Assembly: GCA_052035175.1 (NCBI GenBank)
Contig: JBPOHV010000001.1
Coordinates: 772,228-836,227 of the forward strand
Length of the DNA: 64,000 nucleotides
Direction of reading: 5' to 3'
DNA from: a candidate division WWE3 bacterium
Lineage (GTDB): Bacteria > Patescibacteriota > WWE3 > UBA101185 > UBA10185
The translations under genes and the position numbers were made by a program. Position 1 is the stretch's first letter; every line of letters starts with the position of its first letter. Shown one piece after another: positions 20,631-30,975 of this stretch. Below the pieces are notes generated by a model. It saw only the letters and a list, made by a program, of their open reading frames with translations, was not told the origin of the DNA and searched no databases.

Positions 20631-20924
20631 TTAATCTTCTAGTGCTTTTTCTAATATTTCTTTGAAGGCTGGGTTTCTTTTTAAATCTTTGAGTAAGGTT
20701 ATAAGCTTTGTATCATTTATTCGATAAAAAACTTCTCTACCCTTTTTGAGATTTTTAAGAAAACCCAAAGACGCAAGAACACGTAAATGATGTGAGGCTA
20801 AATTCTCTTCGACATTAAGTCGATCTGCTACTTGACTTACATTTTTTTGGCCATCGCCAAGATAATCTAATATTTTAATTCTATTTTTATCAGATAAAGC
20901 TTTTGATACTTTTTCGACTAACAT
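20631..20924 (-). CDS. ArsR/SmtB-family transcriptional regulator.
   Basis: 97 aa. LSDKNRIKILDYLGDGQKNVSQVADRLNVEENLASHHLRVLASLGFLKNLKKGREVFYRIN. Confidence 0.8.
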   Translation of the reverse strand: MLVEKVSKALSDKNRIKILDYLGDGQKNVSQVADRLNVEENLASHHLRVLASLGFLKNLKKGREVFYRINDTKLITLLKDLKRNPAFKEILEKALED

Positions 20925-20967
20925 AAGTAGAATCTACAATAAAAATTGCAATAATGCAATCTTATTT

Positions 20968-21657
20968 GTGTATAATCTAAATATGGACAAAGATAAGTTA
21001 ATAGAAATAGACGAATTAATTAAAGAGCTAAAAGCAAATAACATAAGTATAGGTAAAGGCAACCCGTACAACACATTGCGCTACTATACAAAAATTGGGT
21101 GGTTACCAAACATGCAAAGAAAAAAGGCACCAGATGGAAATGTAAAGGGACATTACCCTATCGACACGATTGAAAAATTGAAAAGAATTAACGAACTAAA
21201 AAAACAAGGAATTAGTAATGAAGACATACAAAATATTCTGGAAACCACAAACAAAATTACTAGTGTTAAAGCATTATTAAAAAACAAAGAATTTTTGAAC
21301 AAACTATACAAAGTAGCCACCATTTTAATCTTGATACTTCTAGTAATAATTGAACTTGGATTTATCGATAAAAATAATATTTTATCTAGCAATGAATATA
21401 AATATAGTCCAAATTCAAATAATAATATGTATGTTCTCGAAACTGGGACTTTTTTTATACCCAAAAACAGGTCTTCTATTTATATTAAAAGCAATAACAT
21501 AAATGAAACCACAAAAATTTTAATAAACTTCAAGCAAACATACTCCCCTGCTTTTAGATATTGGTATGAGATAGACTCCACACGAAGCGGATTTTATGTA
21601 AAGCTAGATGCACCAGTGATTGACGACACATATTTTGATTGGTGGATTACAAAATGA
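20968..21657 (+). CDS. MerR-like HTH protein with a C-terminal TM segment.
   Basis: GNPYNTLRYYTKIGWLPNMQRKKAPDGNVKGHYPIDTIEKLKRINELKKQGISNEDIQNIL is a MerR-type HTH. Hydrophobic segment VATILILILLVIIELGFI. Confidence 0.5.
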   Translation: MYNLNMDKDKLIEIDELIKELKANNISIGKGNPYNTLRYYTKIGWLPNMQRKKAPDGNVKGHYPIDTIEKLKRINELKKQGISNEDIQNILETTNKITSVKALLKNKEFLNKLYKVATILILILLVIIELGFIDKNNILSSNEYKYSPNSNNNMYVLETGTFFIPKNRSSIYIKSNNINETTKILINFKQTYSPAFRYWYEIDSTRSGFYVKLDAPVIDDTYFDWWITK

Positions 21658-21715
21658 TGTTCTCGTAACGGGAAAGCCTATTGACAGCTGATGAAACACC
21701 ACATAAACTTTTTGT

Positions 21716-23989
21716 ATGTCTAACTTTGATACAGAAAAAAATTCAATAGATTCTTTCTTACTAAAAATAGTTTTCTATTTAAATATTGCGCTAGCCTTCT
21801 TGATAAGTTTGTTTTTCTTACCTACCACAACCGAGTTCTATGAATTTAATAAGCTAGCATTAATTACAGGCGTGACTATTTTGTCTGTAGTAGTACTTAT
21901 TACAAGAATGCTACTTGGCTTCAAGCTAGATTTTATAAAATCAAAATTAGACTTAGGCATTTTTGCATTACTCGTAGTTGTCATATTATCTACTATCTTC
22001 TCAGTAGATAAAAACTTGAGCATCTTTGGTAGTGAAGGCAGATGGTTCCCAAGCCTTATTGGGTTTTTAATTTTGGTTACTTACTATTATGTAACAGCAC
22101 CAAGTCTTAAAAATGATGCATACATCAAAACCTTGATTAAGGCATTTGTAGCTGGAGGTTCACTTTCTAGTCTCATATCGATATTAAGCTTTTATGGAGT
22201 ATATATTTTTGGATACGATTTCTTGAAGGTCGGAACATTCAATACGCTAGGATCAATAAATTTGGCAACAATACTATCTGTGGTCAGTTTATTTCTAACT
22301 TTGGGATTGTTAACTTATGAAAATAACTCAATCAACAAGATAGTTCTATCTGTAATGGCAGTACCAAGTTTTGTATACTTGTGCATTGCAAATAGTTTCT
22401 TGGGATGGGCTTTGTTGACTTTCGGTTTATTGGTCAGCCTGAGATTTTTATTTAAAGAGCTAGTAATAGAAAAAAGAAATGTAGTTTACTTTTCTGTCTT
22501 GGCTGGCATATTCTTGGGAGTTGCAGCGCTTGCACTAATACCTCAAACAAAGAAAATAATTTTCAAAGGTGGTTATGGATATGAAATAACTTTACCTGCA
22601 AAAGAATCATGGGAAATTGCAGCCTCTACAATAAAACGCAGCCCGCTTTTTGGTACAGGACTTAGTACATTTGAATTTAATTTCAATCGATTTAAGCCTG
22701 CTGATCTAAATAAAACAAACTTATGGGGAATTAGTTTTGATAAACCACAAAACGAAATATTCAATACGCTAACAGCTATGGGAATTGTCGGCCTAGTTGG
22801 AGTCATTGTATTTGGTATAAAAGTCTATCAAGCTGCAACAAAAAGCTTACACATACAAGATGAAAGTGGAATAGCAAAAATACTTTCTCTTGGAATATTG
22901 ATAGTGTTGTTTAGCTTCTTCTTTAGCTATGCAAGTGTCTTTGGTACATTTGTTTTGATAATGTTACTCGCTTTTGCTAGTGCACATTATAAAAATATAA
23001 ATACACACGAATATGCAGAAATTGCGTCTTTAGAATTCACATCTATCGCAAATATAACTTCTATAGATCACGAAAATAATAAAGCAGTAATAAAGGGCTC
23101 ATACATCAAATACATAGCTGCTATACCTTTGGCTGCTTTGATACTTGTAGCTAGCCGAAGCTTTTATAGGATATATGCAGCTGAAGCCTATATGCATGCA
23201 TCACAAATGGCATTCAGAGACGGTAATGGGGCTAAAGTATATGAATATCAAGGTAAAGCAATAAATCTCAACACACGCCGTTCTGAGTATCACAGAGAAT
23301 ATGCTAAAACAAACTTACTATTGGCAAACAGCATTGCTTCTAAAAAAGACTTGTCTGATGTTGACAAACAAAATATACAAAGTCTTATAAAAGAGTCTGG
23401 TAATCGTGCAAAAATAATGACAGAAGTAGTTGGACCTTTAAATTCTGCAAATTGGGAAACACGCGGTGCCATTTATCGTGCGTTAGACAAAGTTGCGAAA
23501 GATTCATTGCAATGGTCAGCAGCAGCATACGAAACTGCAGTACAATTAAGCCCTGCAAATCCAATACTGCGTGTCAACTTGGGCGGCGTATATACAGCTA
23601 TGGGAAACAACCTAGCCGCTGCCAATCAATTTAAAGCCGCAGCGAATTTGAAACCTGACTATGCAAATGCTAAATATAATTTGGCCAAAGCATTAGTAGC
23701 TTTGAATGAATATGAATTAGCAAAACAAGAGCTACTATCAGTAAAGAGCTTGTTGCCAGCAGATTCAAAAGACTTGGAAACACTAAATACAGACCTTGCT
23801 ATGGTTGAAGAAAAACTAAAAACTATAGACAGCAATGTAGCAGGTGCTGCGACAGAAAAACCAACAATAGAAGAATTGCAAAAAGATGCACAAAAAGAAA
23901 CTACACAGCAAGAGCCTTTGACCAATGTTAGCCAAAAATCTGAGATTGAAGCTGACAATCTAAATCAAGATAAGCTGCCACAACAATAA
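21716..23989 (+). CDS. O-antigen-ligase-like (Wzy_C) polytopic membrane protein with C-terminal TPR repeats.
   Basis: 757 aa with about 12 TM helices, then TPR-like AAAYETAVQLSPANPILRVNLGGVYTAMGNNLAAANQFKAAANLKPDYANAKYNLAKALVAL. Confidence 0.5.
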   Translation: MSNFDTEKNSIDSFLLKIVFYLNIALAFLISLFFLPTTTEFYEFNKLALITGVTILSVVVLITRMLLGFKLDFIKSKLDLGIFALLVVVILSTIFSVDKNLSIFGSEGRWFPSLIGFLILVTYYYVTAPSLKNDAYIKTLIKAFVAGGSLSSLISILSFYGVYIFGYDFLKVGTFNTLGSINLATILSVVSLFLTLGLLTYENNSINKIVLSVMAVPSFVYLCIANSFLGWALLTFGLLVSLRFLFKELVIEKRNVVYFSVLAGIFLGVAALALIPQTKKIIFKGGYGYEITLPAKESWEIAASTIKRSPLFGTGLSTFEFNFNRFKPADLNKTNLWGISFDKPQNEIFNTLTAMGIVGLVGVIVFGIKVYQAATKSLHIQDESGIAKILSLGILIVLFSFFFSYASVFGTFVLIMLLAFASAHYKNINTHEYAEIASLEFTSIANITSIDHENNKAVIKGSYIKYIAAIPLAALILVASRSFYRIYAAEAYMHASQMAFRDGNGAKVYEYQGKAINLNTRRSEYHREYAKTNLLLANSIASKKDLSDVDKQNIQSLIKESGNRAKIMTEVVGPLNSANWETRGAIYRALDKVAKDSLQWSAAAYETAVQLSPANPILRVNLGGVYTAMGNNLAAANQFKAAANLKPDYANAKYNLAKALVALNEYELAKQELLSVKSLLPADSKDLETLNTDLAMVEEKLKTIDSNVAGAATEKPTIEELQKDAQKETTQQEPLTNVSQKSEIEADNLNQDKLPQQ

Positions 23990-24069
23990 AGATTAATACA
24001 AACTAATTTGCTAAAATATACCTGCTAAAGCATCATTGCTAGGCAGGTATATTTGTGACTTAACTATCT

Positions 24070-24145
24070 GGGCCGTTAGCTCAATTGGTAGAGCGCTTCC
24101 ATGGCATGGAAGAGGTAACCGGTTCGATCCCGGTACGGTCCACCA
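24070..24145 (+). tRNA. tRNA-Ala (anticodon GGC).
   Basis: GGGCCGTTAGCTCAATTGGTAGAGCGCTTCCATGGCATGGAAGAGGTAACCGGTTCGATCCCGGTACGGTCCACCA. G3:U70 identity pair, anticodon loop ATGGCAT. Confidence 0.85.
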
Positions 24146-24228
24146 AAGAAAAACCCATTTCATTTTTTGTTAAGTTTTTTTTTATACAATCCAAATAACA
24201 ATTCAATCTTTTAGTAAAGGAGACAATT

Positions 24229-24447
24229 ATGGTTCCACCTCACAAGTGCAACCTGGAAACTGTGAGAAAGACTAAAACATGTTCAGAATGTAATGGTGAT
24301 AAATACTATGAATTCGAGGACAGTGCACAAGATCCAGATGAGTACGGTAGGTTTCCGTATGCTCGGGTTAGTTGCCCAGAATGCGGAGGCTTAGGTAGCA
24401 TTTATGTATATATAACAAGATGTACTATCTGCGGAAACACTTATTGA
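24229..24447 (+). CDS. Small zinc-ribbon protein with DnaJ-CR-like CxxCxGxG motifs.
   Basis: 72 aa. SD aaaggag at 7 nt upstream. CSECNGDK ... CPECGGLG ... CTICGN. Confidence 0.5.
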   Translation: MVPPHKCNLETVRKTKTCSECNGDKYYEFEDSAQDPDEYGRFPYARVSCPECGGLGSIYVYITRCTICGNTY

Positions 24448-24525
24448 AACATTAATCTGTGTTTACCATTAAGGGTGCGTTACATCAATCTATGTTGTAG
24501 AGCACCCTTTCTTGTTAAATCGCAG

Positions 24526-25380
24526 TTAATATTTAGCTTCTGGTATTTGGTTTTTTATATACTCATCTCGCACGTCTCTGTTCTGAAAGCCTTCTTGAAA
24601 TGTTCGTTCCGCTAATTCTTGAGCGTTTAGAAATTCTGCACTCGATATAAGCTCTGTATACCAAACTGAACCATAAAACCTATCAAAGATCTTATTAGCA
24701 GTTTTGACCCACTCGACTATTCCTGCATCGGTTTTGTGTTCTGGATAATAAGTAAAGTTTGGAACAGCGCTTGTTGTGAAATACTCTTTTGGATAAGACA
24801 ATTCTACACGTATTAGTTTATCTAATTCATTAAGTCTAAGTGCTTTTTCAAAATCATAGATTGCTTGATCAGGATAACCCATACGAATACCTTCATGAAA
24901 AACCATAAGACTATCTCCAACTGGTATTTCTCCCCTTTCTCTGGCTGATATTAAATTCTGTTTGAATTGTCTAGACCATACAACTAAGTCTTCAATTTTA
25001 GATGAATAAGTATACTTGACCATCCACGGTAAACTACTTAAATGCGTTGTTCTTTCTAAACCTTTAAGGCTTGTCATACTACCACTAAAAATATTTACCG
25101 GGCACTCAAAATGAAAAACAGATAATTCCATACCATAGCTTTTTAAAATAAGATTGGCTGCATACACTTGGCTTTCTGTATTCTCTGTATATCTTATCCA
25201 AGGAATATCAGCGTACCTCTTTACACCAGCAATTGCTAAGACAACATTTGGATTAACCAACTTACAAGCTAACTCAGGGTCCAACAGATTGTAGACTTCA
25301 GAAATAATTTTAACCACTTCTTCACCAGTACGTGGATCTAAGTTTATAGTGGTAGCAGCCATACACAAAATATAGCACAA
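24526..25380 (-). CDS. Hypothetical protein (284 aa).
   Basis: Long ORF. No family recognised. Confidence 0.45.
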   Translation of the reverse strand: MCYILCMAATTINLDPRTGEEVVKIISEVYNLLDPELACKLVNPNVVLAIAGVKRYADIPWIRYTENTESQVYAANLILKSYGMELSVFHFECPVNIFSGSMTSLKGLERTTHLSSLPWMVKYTYSSKIEDLVVWSRQFKQNLISARERGEIPVGDSLMVFHEGIRMGYPDQAIYDFEKALRLNELDKLIRVELSYPKEYFTTSAVPNFTYYPEHKTDAGIVEWVKTANKIFDRFYGSVWYTELISSAEFLNAQELAERTFQEGFQNRDVRDEYIKNQIPEAKY

Positions 25381-25409
25381 ATCAGCATTGCAAAGCCTAA
25401 CAATACGCG

Positions 25410-26510
25410 CTATTTGATCAGCATTCTCTTGTTTGGGATATTTTCAATCGTATAAGTTTGAGATACTTCTTCAGTATTCAACACAACCAAAGGTAGATTC
25501 TGCATTTTTTCAGATAGTACATTTATTACATCTGTAAAACCCTCTCGCGTGTAGGCTGATATACCAAAGACTTCCTTTCCAATCTTTTTAAAAGCTTTTT
25601 TTATATTTGTAAAATCGTTGTTTATCTCTGGAATATCAATTTTATTTATCAAAATAATTTCGGGCTTATTCAATAAATCTACACTGTAATTATTTAGTTC
25701 ATGTCTTATTTTGTCATATTTGTCTAATGCCGATTTCACATAAGAATCTCCTGCTTCTAAAGAAGGATCTATCATATGCAAAAGAAGCCTAGTGCGCTCT
25801 ACATGACGTAAAAAATCAAATCCTAAACCCTTACCTTCAGATGCACCTTCAATCAAACCAGGAATATCAGCTAATACCAGTTTTTGATCCCCTTTTAGTA
25901 TCAAAATACCCAAGTTTGGCTCGATAGTTGTAAAAGGATAATTTGCTACTTTAGCACTCATGCTACACAGCGAATTTATCAAAGTAGTTTTGCCTGCATT
26001 TGGGAAGCCGATAATACCTATATCTGCGATGAGCTTTACTTCTAGCTTAATGTTAAACTCTTGGCCTTTCCCACCTTTTGTAGACTTCATAGGAGTACGA
26101 TTTGTTGAACTTTTGAATCTATAGTTACCCATACCACCACGACCTCCTTTTGCAATCAGTATGCGTTGACCAGGGGTATTTAAATCTGCAATTAAATGAT
26201 TTACAGTTTGGTCTGTATTCATCTCATAAACAAGAGTGCCAACTGGGACTTTTATAATTGTATCAACGGCATTTTTACCAAACATATTTTTGCCTTTACC
26301 ATGTTCTCCCGATTCTGCTTGTATCTTCTTTTTTGATTTAAAATCAAAAAGAGTATTCATGTTGTAATCTACTTCAAAATAAATGCTACCGCCGTTTCCA
26401 CCATCTCCACCATCAGGCCCTCCTTTTGGAATATATTTTTCTCGACGAAATGTTGCTACACCGTCTCCCCCATTACCTGCTTTAATTTTTATATATGCTA
26501 CGTCTACCAT
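25410..26510 (-). CDS. obg: GTPase Obg/CgtA.
   Basis: MVDVAYIKIKAGNGGDGVATFRREKYIPKGGPDGGDGGNGGSIYF (Obg fold) followed by a G domain (GFPNAGKTTLINSL). Confidence 0.9.
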   Translation of the reverse strand: MVDVAYIKIKAGNGGDGVATFRREKYIPKGGPDGGDGGNGGSIYFEVDYNMNTLFDFKSKKKIQAESGEHGKGKNMFGKNAVDTIIKVPVGTLVYEMNTDQTVNHLIADLNTPGQRILIAKGGRGGMGNYRFKSSTNRTPMKSTKGGKGQEFNIKLEVKLIADIGIIGFPNAGKTTLINSLCSMSAKVANYPFTTIEPNLGILILKGDQKLVLADIPGLIEGASEGKGLGFDFLRHVERTRLLLHMIDPSLEAGDSYVKSALDKYDKIRHELNNYSVDLLNKPEIILINKIDIPEINNDFTNIKKAFKKIGKEVFGISAYTREGFTDVINVLSEKMQNLPLVVLNTEEVSQTYTIENIPNKRMLIK

Positions 26511-26527
26511 AATTTTTTACCTTTGTG

Positions 26528-27748
26528 TTATTGCGTATAACCCAATGGATTTTGTACTACACCGTTATACTTAACAATAAAATGAACATGTGGACCTGTA
26601 GAGTTTCCTGTGCTTCCCATAAGACCAATTATTTGACCTCGGTTAACTTGCTCACCATATCCAACGTCCAATCTACTCATATGCCCATATACTGTCTCAT
26701 AACCATTACCATGGTCTATGCGTACATGCAAGCCCAATCCCCAAGGATCCCAACCTGCTCTAGTAACAACCCCGCCGGTACAAGCAAAAAGCGGTGGCAT
26801 TGCTTTACCCCATGGTGTGGCTACATCTATACCATTGTGATACCAAGTAAAGTACTGTGTAACAATACGTACAGTAGACGGCCAAACGCAGAAGCTTTTA
26901 CTTGGCTGAGCTTGAGCCAAATTACCACCCGAATTCACTGGAGTAAATGCAGGAACTGTAGGAATCACTCTTTCAGGAATACTTGCACCAGGTATGACTA
27001 ACTCAGTACCAACCGCAAGCCTTGAGACATCTAAAATATAGTTGAAGTCTGCAATAGCCTGAGGTGCAACATCATATTTTGCTGCAATCGAAGCCAAGTT
27101 ATCTCCTGTACCAACTTTATGAATAAGTCCAGATACTGGAGGTATTTGTAACTGTTGACCAATTTTTAGTATCGAATCGTCGGTCAAATTATTAACATAT
27201 AAAAGCGCATCTTTTGAGATTTTAAATTTTGTACCTATTCCAAAAACTGTATCGCCTACTTCAACAGTATAAGTAAAAGGCTCATTTCTTTTTCGATTTT
27301 CTGGTATATCCGTAGTTGCGATATATCTTTGTGGAATTATGTCGGAAACGTACGACACATAATCAGAAGGTATCTCCCTGGCATTCACAAATGAGGAAGC
27401 GCTAAACACTTTACCAAGCAAAAAGACAAAAAAACAAAAAGTCAAAACTACAGTAGGAGCAACCGTTTTACCCAATTTACCACGAGACCATATCAATTTA
27501 CGTACAATATAGTCTTTGGAGAATTTGGGAACAATGACAAATAGTAAAGTGAGTCTGTACAAAACTTTGACAAAATCATGTAGTTTTGATGATATGTACT
27601 TATAAAGATCTAGTACAAAATCAAAGAGTAAATAAAAAAAACCACGTAATTTACTCTCGCTTAATGGATTAAAACCATCGAAAACGACACGATAAAATCT
27701 ATGAGATAGCGGACTTTTTGTACTTGGGTTCATACTAAATAGCTCCAT
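26528..27748 (-). CDS. LysM-domain-containing M23 family metallopeptidase.
   Basis: Two LysM repeats (YTVEVGDTVFGIGTKF..., HKVGTGDNLASIAAKYDV...) and an M23 core HNGIDVATPWG...YGHMSRL...GSTGNSTGPHVHF. Confidence 0.8.
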   Translation of the reverse strand: MELFSMNPSTKSPLSHRFYRVVFDGFNPLSESKLRGFFYLLFDFVLDLYKYISSKLHDFVKVLYRLTLLFVIVPKFSKDYIVRKLIWSRGKLGKTVAPTVVLTFCFFVFLLGKVFSASSFVNAREIPSDYVSYVSDIIPQRYIATTDIPENRKRNEPFTYTVEVGDTVFGIGTKFKISKDALLYVNNLTDDSILKIGQQLQIPPVSGLIHKVGTGDNLASIAAKYDVAPQAIADFNYILDVSRLAVGTELVIPGASIPERVIPTVPAFTPVNSGGNLAQAQPSKSFCVWPSTVRIVTQYFTWYHNGIDVATPWGKAMPPLFACTGGVVTRAGWDPWGLGLHVRIDHGNGYETVYGHMSRLDVGYGEQVNRGQIIGLMGSTGNSTGPHVHFIVKYNGVVQNPLGYTQ

Positions 27749-27775
27749 TTTAGCAAAATATCAAGAATATTGCTC

Positions 27776-29161
27776 TTATGATGCCTTGTGTAGATTTGCC
27801 AAGAATTCTTTATTTGTCTTAAACTGTCGTAATCTACCCAATACAAGCTCTGTAGCTTCACGATCATCTAATAAGTCGACCATGCGTCTAAGTTTAAAGA
27901 TTTGTTCCAACACTTCTCTAGAGAACAACTGTTCTTCATGACGTGTGCTGCTACTCTTGATATCTATTGCAGGGTAAATTCTTCTATCTGCCAATACTCT
28001 ATCCAAACGTAACTCCATGTTACCTGTACCCTTAAACTCTTCAAAAATAACATCATCCATTTTGGAACCTGTATCTACAAGTGCTGTAGCTATAATAGTC
28101 AAACTACCTTGTGTTTCAAAGTTTCTTGCAGCACCAAAATAGTGCTTGGCTGGATACAATGCAGAAGGGTCAAAACCTCCGGACAAAGTGCGGCCTGATG
28201 GTTGAACTACCATATTGTAAGCACGCGCAAGTCTTGTAAGAGAGTCCATAAGAATTACTACATCTTTGCCTTGTTCAGCCATACGCTTTGCTCTTTCTAA
28301 ACAAACTTCGGCTACTCTAGTCTGCTCCATAGCTTCTTCGTCAAAATTGCTGGCGTAAACAGTACCTTTTATGCTTCTTTGAATATGCGTGACTTCTTCC
28401 GGACGCTCTCCAATCAAAGCAACTAGTAATTCTGTGTCAGGGTAATTTGTTGTTATTCCATTTGCAATTTCTAGTAAAAGCCATGTCTTTCCTGCTTTTG
28501 GAGGAGCGACAACCATAGCTCTTTGACCTTTACCAATAGGAGAAATGAGATCTATCAGCCTGGTAGATAAAATATCTTGTTTAGTTTCTAAATGCATCCA
28601 TTCGTTTGGAAATACAGGAACTAAGTCGACAAATCTTGGGCGTCTTTTTGCTAATTCTGGATCCATACCTTCGACAGTTTCTACACGCAACAAAGATAAA
28701 TAAACTTCTCCTTCTTTTGGAGGTCTTGCCATACCTTCAATCATGTCGCCTTTTCTTAGACTAAACCGTTTTATTTGAGAAGGGCTAATATATACATCAC
28801 GTGGTAAACCATCTTCTACTTGCTCTGGCTGTCGTATAACACCGTAGTTAGGCAATATTTCCAAAATACCTTTTATAGGTACTACGTCACCTTGATATTT
28901 ATCCATAGGTGCTGATTTATTGTTGTTATAGTTATTATAGTTTCCATTATTATGGTTGTTGGCACTATAGTTGGAATTAGATGAATGATAGTTTGGATTG
29001 CGATATGTATTTGTTGATTGGGTTGGCGTTGGTTTTGGCGTAACAACGGGTGAATCGTCTGTAGTACTTGGTTGTACTACTAAATCTGGTTGAGATGCGT
29101 CTGCTACTACTGGAACATCATCTGTGTTTGATACTGAACTAGCTTTTTTTCTCACTGGCAT
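27776..29161 (-). CDS. rho: Transcription termination factor Rho, with an Asn/Tyr-rich low-complexity N-terminal insertion.
   Basis: The RecA-like core [18 protein letters not shown]...LIGERPEEV...[16 protein letters not shown] is preceded by [30 protein letters not shown]. Confidence 0.9.
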   Translation of the reverse strand: MPVRKKASSVSNTDDVPVVADASQPDLVVQPSTTDDSPVVTPKPTPTQSTNTYRNPNYHSSNSNYSANNHNNGNYNNYNNNKSAPMDKYQGDVVPIKGILEILPNYGVIRQPEQVEDGLPRDVYISPSQIKRFSLRKGDMIEGMARPPKEGEVYLSLLRVETVEGMDPELAKRRPRFVDLVPVFPNEWMHLETKQDILSTRLIDLISPIGKGQRAMVVAPPKAGKTWLLLEIANGITTNYPDTELLVALIGERPEEVTHIQRSIKGTVYASNFDEEAMEQTRVAEVCLERAKRMAEQGKDVVILMDSLTRLARAYNMVVQPSGRTLSGGFDPSALYPAKHYFGAARNFETQGSLTIIATALVDTGSKMDDVIFEEFKGTGNMELRLDRVLADRRIYPAIDIKSSSTRHEEQLFSREVLEQIFKLRRMVDLLDDREATELVLGRLRQFKTNKEFLANLHKAS

Positions 29162-29238
29162 AAATAATTCTCCTGAATTTCTTAATTTATTATTGATTTA
29201 TTATTGAATCTATATAAATGAATTTAATACAACTAATA

Positions 29239-29889
29239 TCAACCTATCAATTCGGCTGTTACCAACAAACGTTTACTGTAAGTTTTGGATTTTAGATCCC
29301 ATACACCGCCACAAGTTATCAATATCAACTGAGGCTTTGTAGTAGATTTATTTATTATATGTAATCTGTTGGGGTCATTTAAATCCACATAAGAAGAACC
29401 AACTACTATATAAGTATAAGTTCTTCCATACTTATCAGACACTTCTACTTTATCACCGAGGTCTAGATTTTTCAACGCCCAAAATGCTGCTGGCCCACCC
29501 CAAGTATTATCGTAATGAGCAGGTATTATCAAGTTACCCGGTTCACCTGCTTTTGCTCCATATATAAAATATCCGACATCATTCCAACCTTTTGGGGCTT
29601 CCATAACGCCGTCTTGCGAAACACCGACATCGACTAGCTCTTTTGAGATTATTTCTAGCTTTTCAATAGTAATATTTACTGGTTTTTCGTAAATGGGTTT
29701 TAATAGTTCTACAAAAGCAGAAGCATCTGATTCAGCAGCTAACGTGTCAGACTGATTTACAGTTGGATTAGCATCTTTATTTAAAATAAAAAAAAGTGAA
29801 AGTACTGTAACTGCAACCACAACGATGAACAACAACCATCTAATCAAAAATGCTAACTTTGAATTTGAATCTAAAAATAAATATCCCAT
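29239..29889 (-). CDS. Sortase (class-F-like).
   Basis: N-terminal TM segment, IIPAHYD (His), LILITCGG (Cys; TLxTC motif), RLLVTAEL (Arg). Confidence 0.75.
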   Translation of the reverse strand: MGYLFLDSNSKLAFLIRWLLFIVVVAVTVLSLFFILNKDANPTVNQSDTLAAESDASAFVELLKPIYEKPVNITIEKLEIISKELVDVGVSQDGVMEAPKGWNDVGYFIYGAKAGEPGNLIIPAHYDNTWGGPAAFWALKNLDLGDKVEVSDKYGRTYTYIVVGSSYVDLNDPNRLHIINKSTTKPQLILITCGGVWDLKSKTYSKRLLVTAELIG

Positions 29890-29989
29890 AAATAGCCTTA
29901 AGAAAAATTTAGGTCATATACAGAGTGGTCGAGTAAGTACTAAGACAAACCCAACCATTCTATACATGACCCAAAGGTTATGTATGTGT

Positions 29990-30019
29990 ATGCCCCGCCT
30001 GCCTACGCAGGCGGGGCAT
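29990..30019. repeat. Perfect GC-rich palindrome/hairpin (13-bp stem) between the LPETG-protein gene and the sortase gene.
   Basis: atgccccgcctgc-ctac-gcaggcggggcat. There is no adjacent T-tract, so it may act as an RNA stabiliser or terminator, or be REP-like. Confidence 0.6.
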
Positions 30020-30033
30020 CACGCTAAATAGTC

Positions 30034-30675
30034 TTATCTACGAGACTTAATAAAAGCGCCTAAAGAAGTTAATCCTAAGCCTAATATTGATAATGCATCA
30101 GTATATCCAGTTTCTGGAAGCTCAGTTACGTCTACGTCACCGTAACAAACTGTGGCTGTATCAGAACCTTCGAAGTCATCGTCATAAAAGACTTGAGCTT
30201 CGTTGACAATACATTTCTCAAAGTCACCATCTCTGTCGAATTCATCGGCATCGATTTTAGCTTTGATTATGAACTCTCTATCCTCACCAGGAGCGAAATC
30301 ATCCCAGTATTCGGTAAGTCCATCACCGCCTACTCTTTCCATTTCGTCTGGAAGAATATCTTTCATTTTCATATTGTCAAAATCAGGAACGTCATCAGAA
30401 GGAGTTCCATCAGGTACATTAGTGTTGTTGGTTATAGTAACCTTAAACTCTACTGTATCGTCGGCTTCTACACCGCTGACTTTATCTTTCCAACTATCAT
30501 TACCTTCTATTCTTACTTTTTTCTCAATTGTAAAACTTTTATTTATGATGCAGGTTTCTCCCCCACCATAGTTGGGTTCACAATCGTTATCTGCATAAGC
30601 AGTACCATTTGATACAGCTAAAACAGAAGCAGAAAGTAAGGCAACTGCTATTAATTTTTGTATGTTTTTTAACAT
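30034..30675 (-). CDS. Secreted cell-surface protein with a C-terminal LPETG sortase sorting signal.
   Basis: Signal peptide MLKNIQKLIAVALLSASVLAVSNGTAYA. The C-terminus is ...VTELPETGYTDALSILGLGLTSLGAFIKSRR (LPxTG, hydrophobic helix, then a positively charged tail). Adjacent to the sortase at 29239..29889. Confidence 0.8.
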   Translation of the reverse strand: MLKNIQKLIAVALLSASVLAVSNGTAYADNDCEPNYGGGETCIINKSFTIEKKVRIEGNDSWKDKVSGVEADDTVEFKVTITNNTNVPDGTPSDDVPDFDNMKMKDILPDEMERVGGDGLTEYWDDFAPGEDREFIIKAKIDADEFDRDGDFEKCIVNEAQVFYDDDFEGSDTATVCYGDVDVTELPETGYTDALSILGLGLTSLGAFIKSRR

Positions 30676-30975
30676 AAGCCTTTCTTTTTGCCCTATTCGA
30701 CACTTATAAGCAGACCTTTTATGAAGGAATACCTACAAATATTGAAGTTTGGCAGGGTAAATAAATAACGATACTAAAGAAAAGGATAGCTTTTATACTA
30801 TCTTTATTCTAAGTACGGGGGTAATAATAACCTATAATACAGTATTTGTCAACTGCTATGGGGTAGTTAATATGGAAAGCATGAGATGACTTATAGGGTA
30901 AACATGTCCGAAACACTAAAAGCGCACCCTCAGCCTACTTTTTGCTGTTACACGGCCTTTTGTAAGCTAGTATCA

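Noticed and set aside
30676-30975. 300-bp gene-free AT-rich spacer upstream of the 1174-aa membrane protein, examined for a ncRNA (SRP, tmRNA or 6S).
   Set aside because: No conserved ncRNA blocks were recognisable by eye. It is probably promoter or 5'UTR. Only a covariance-model search could settle it.
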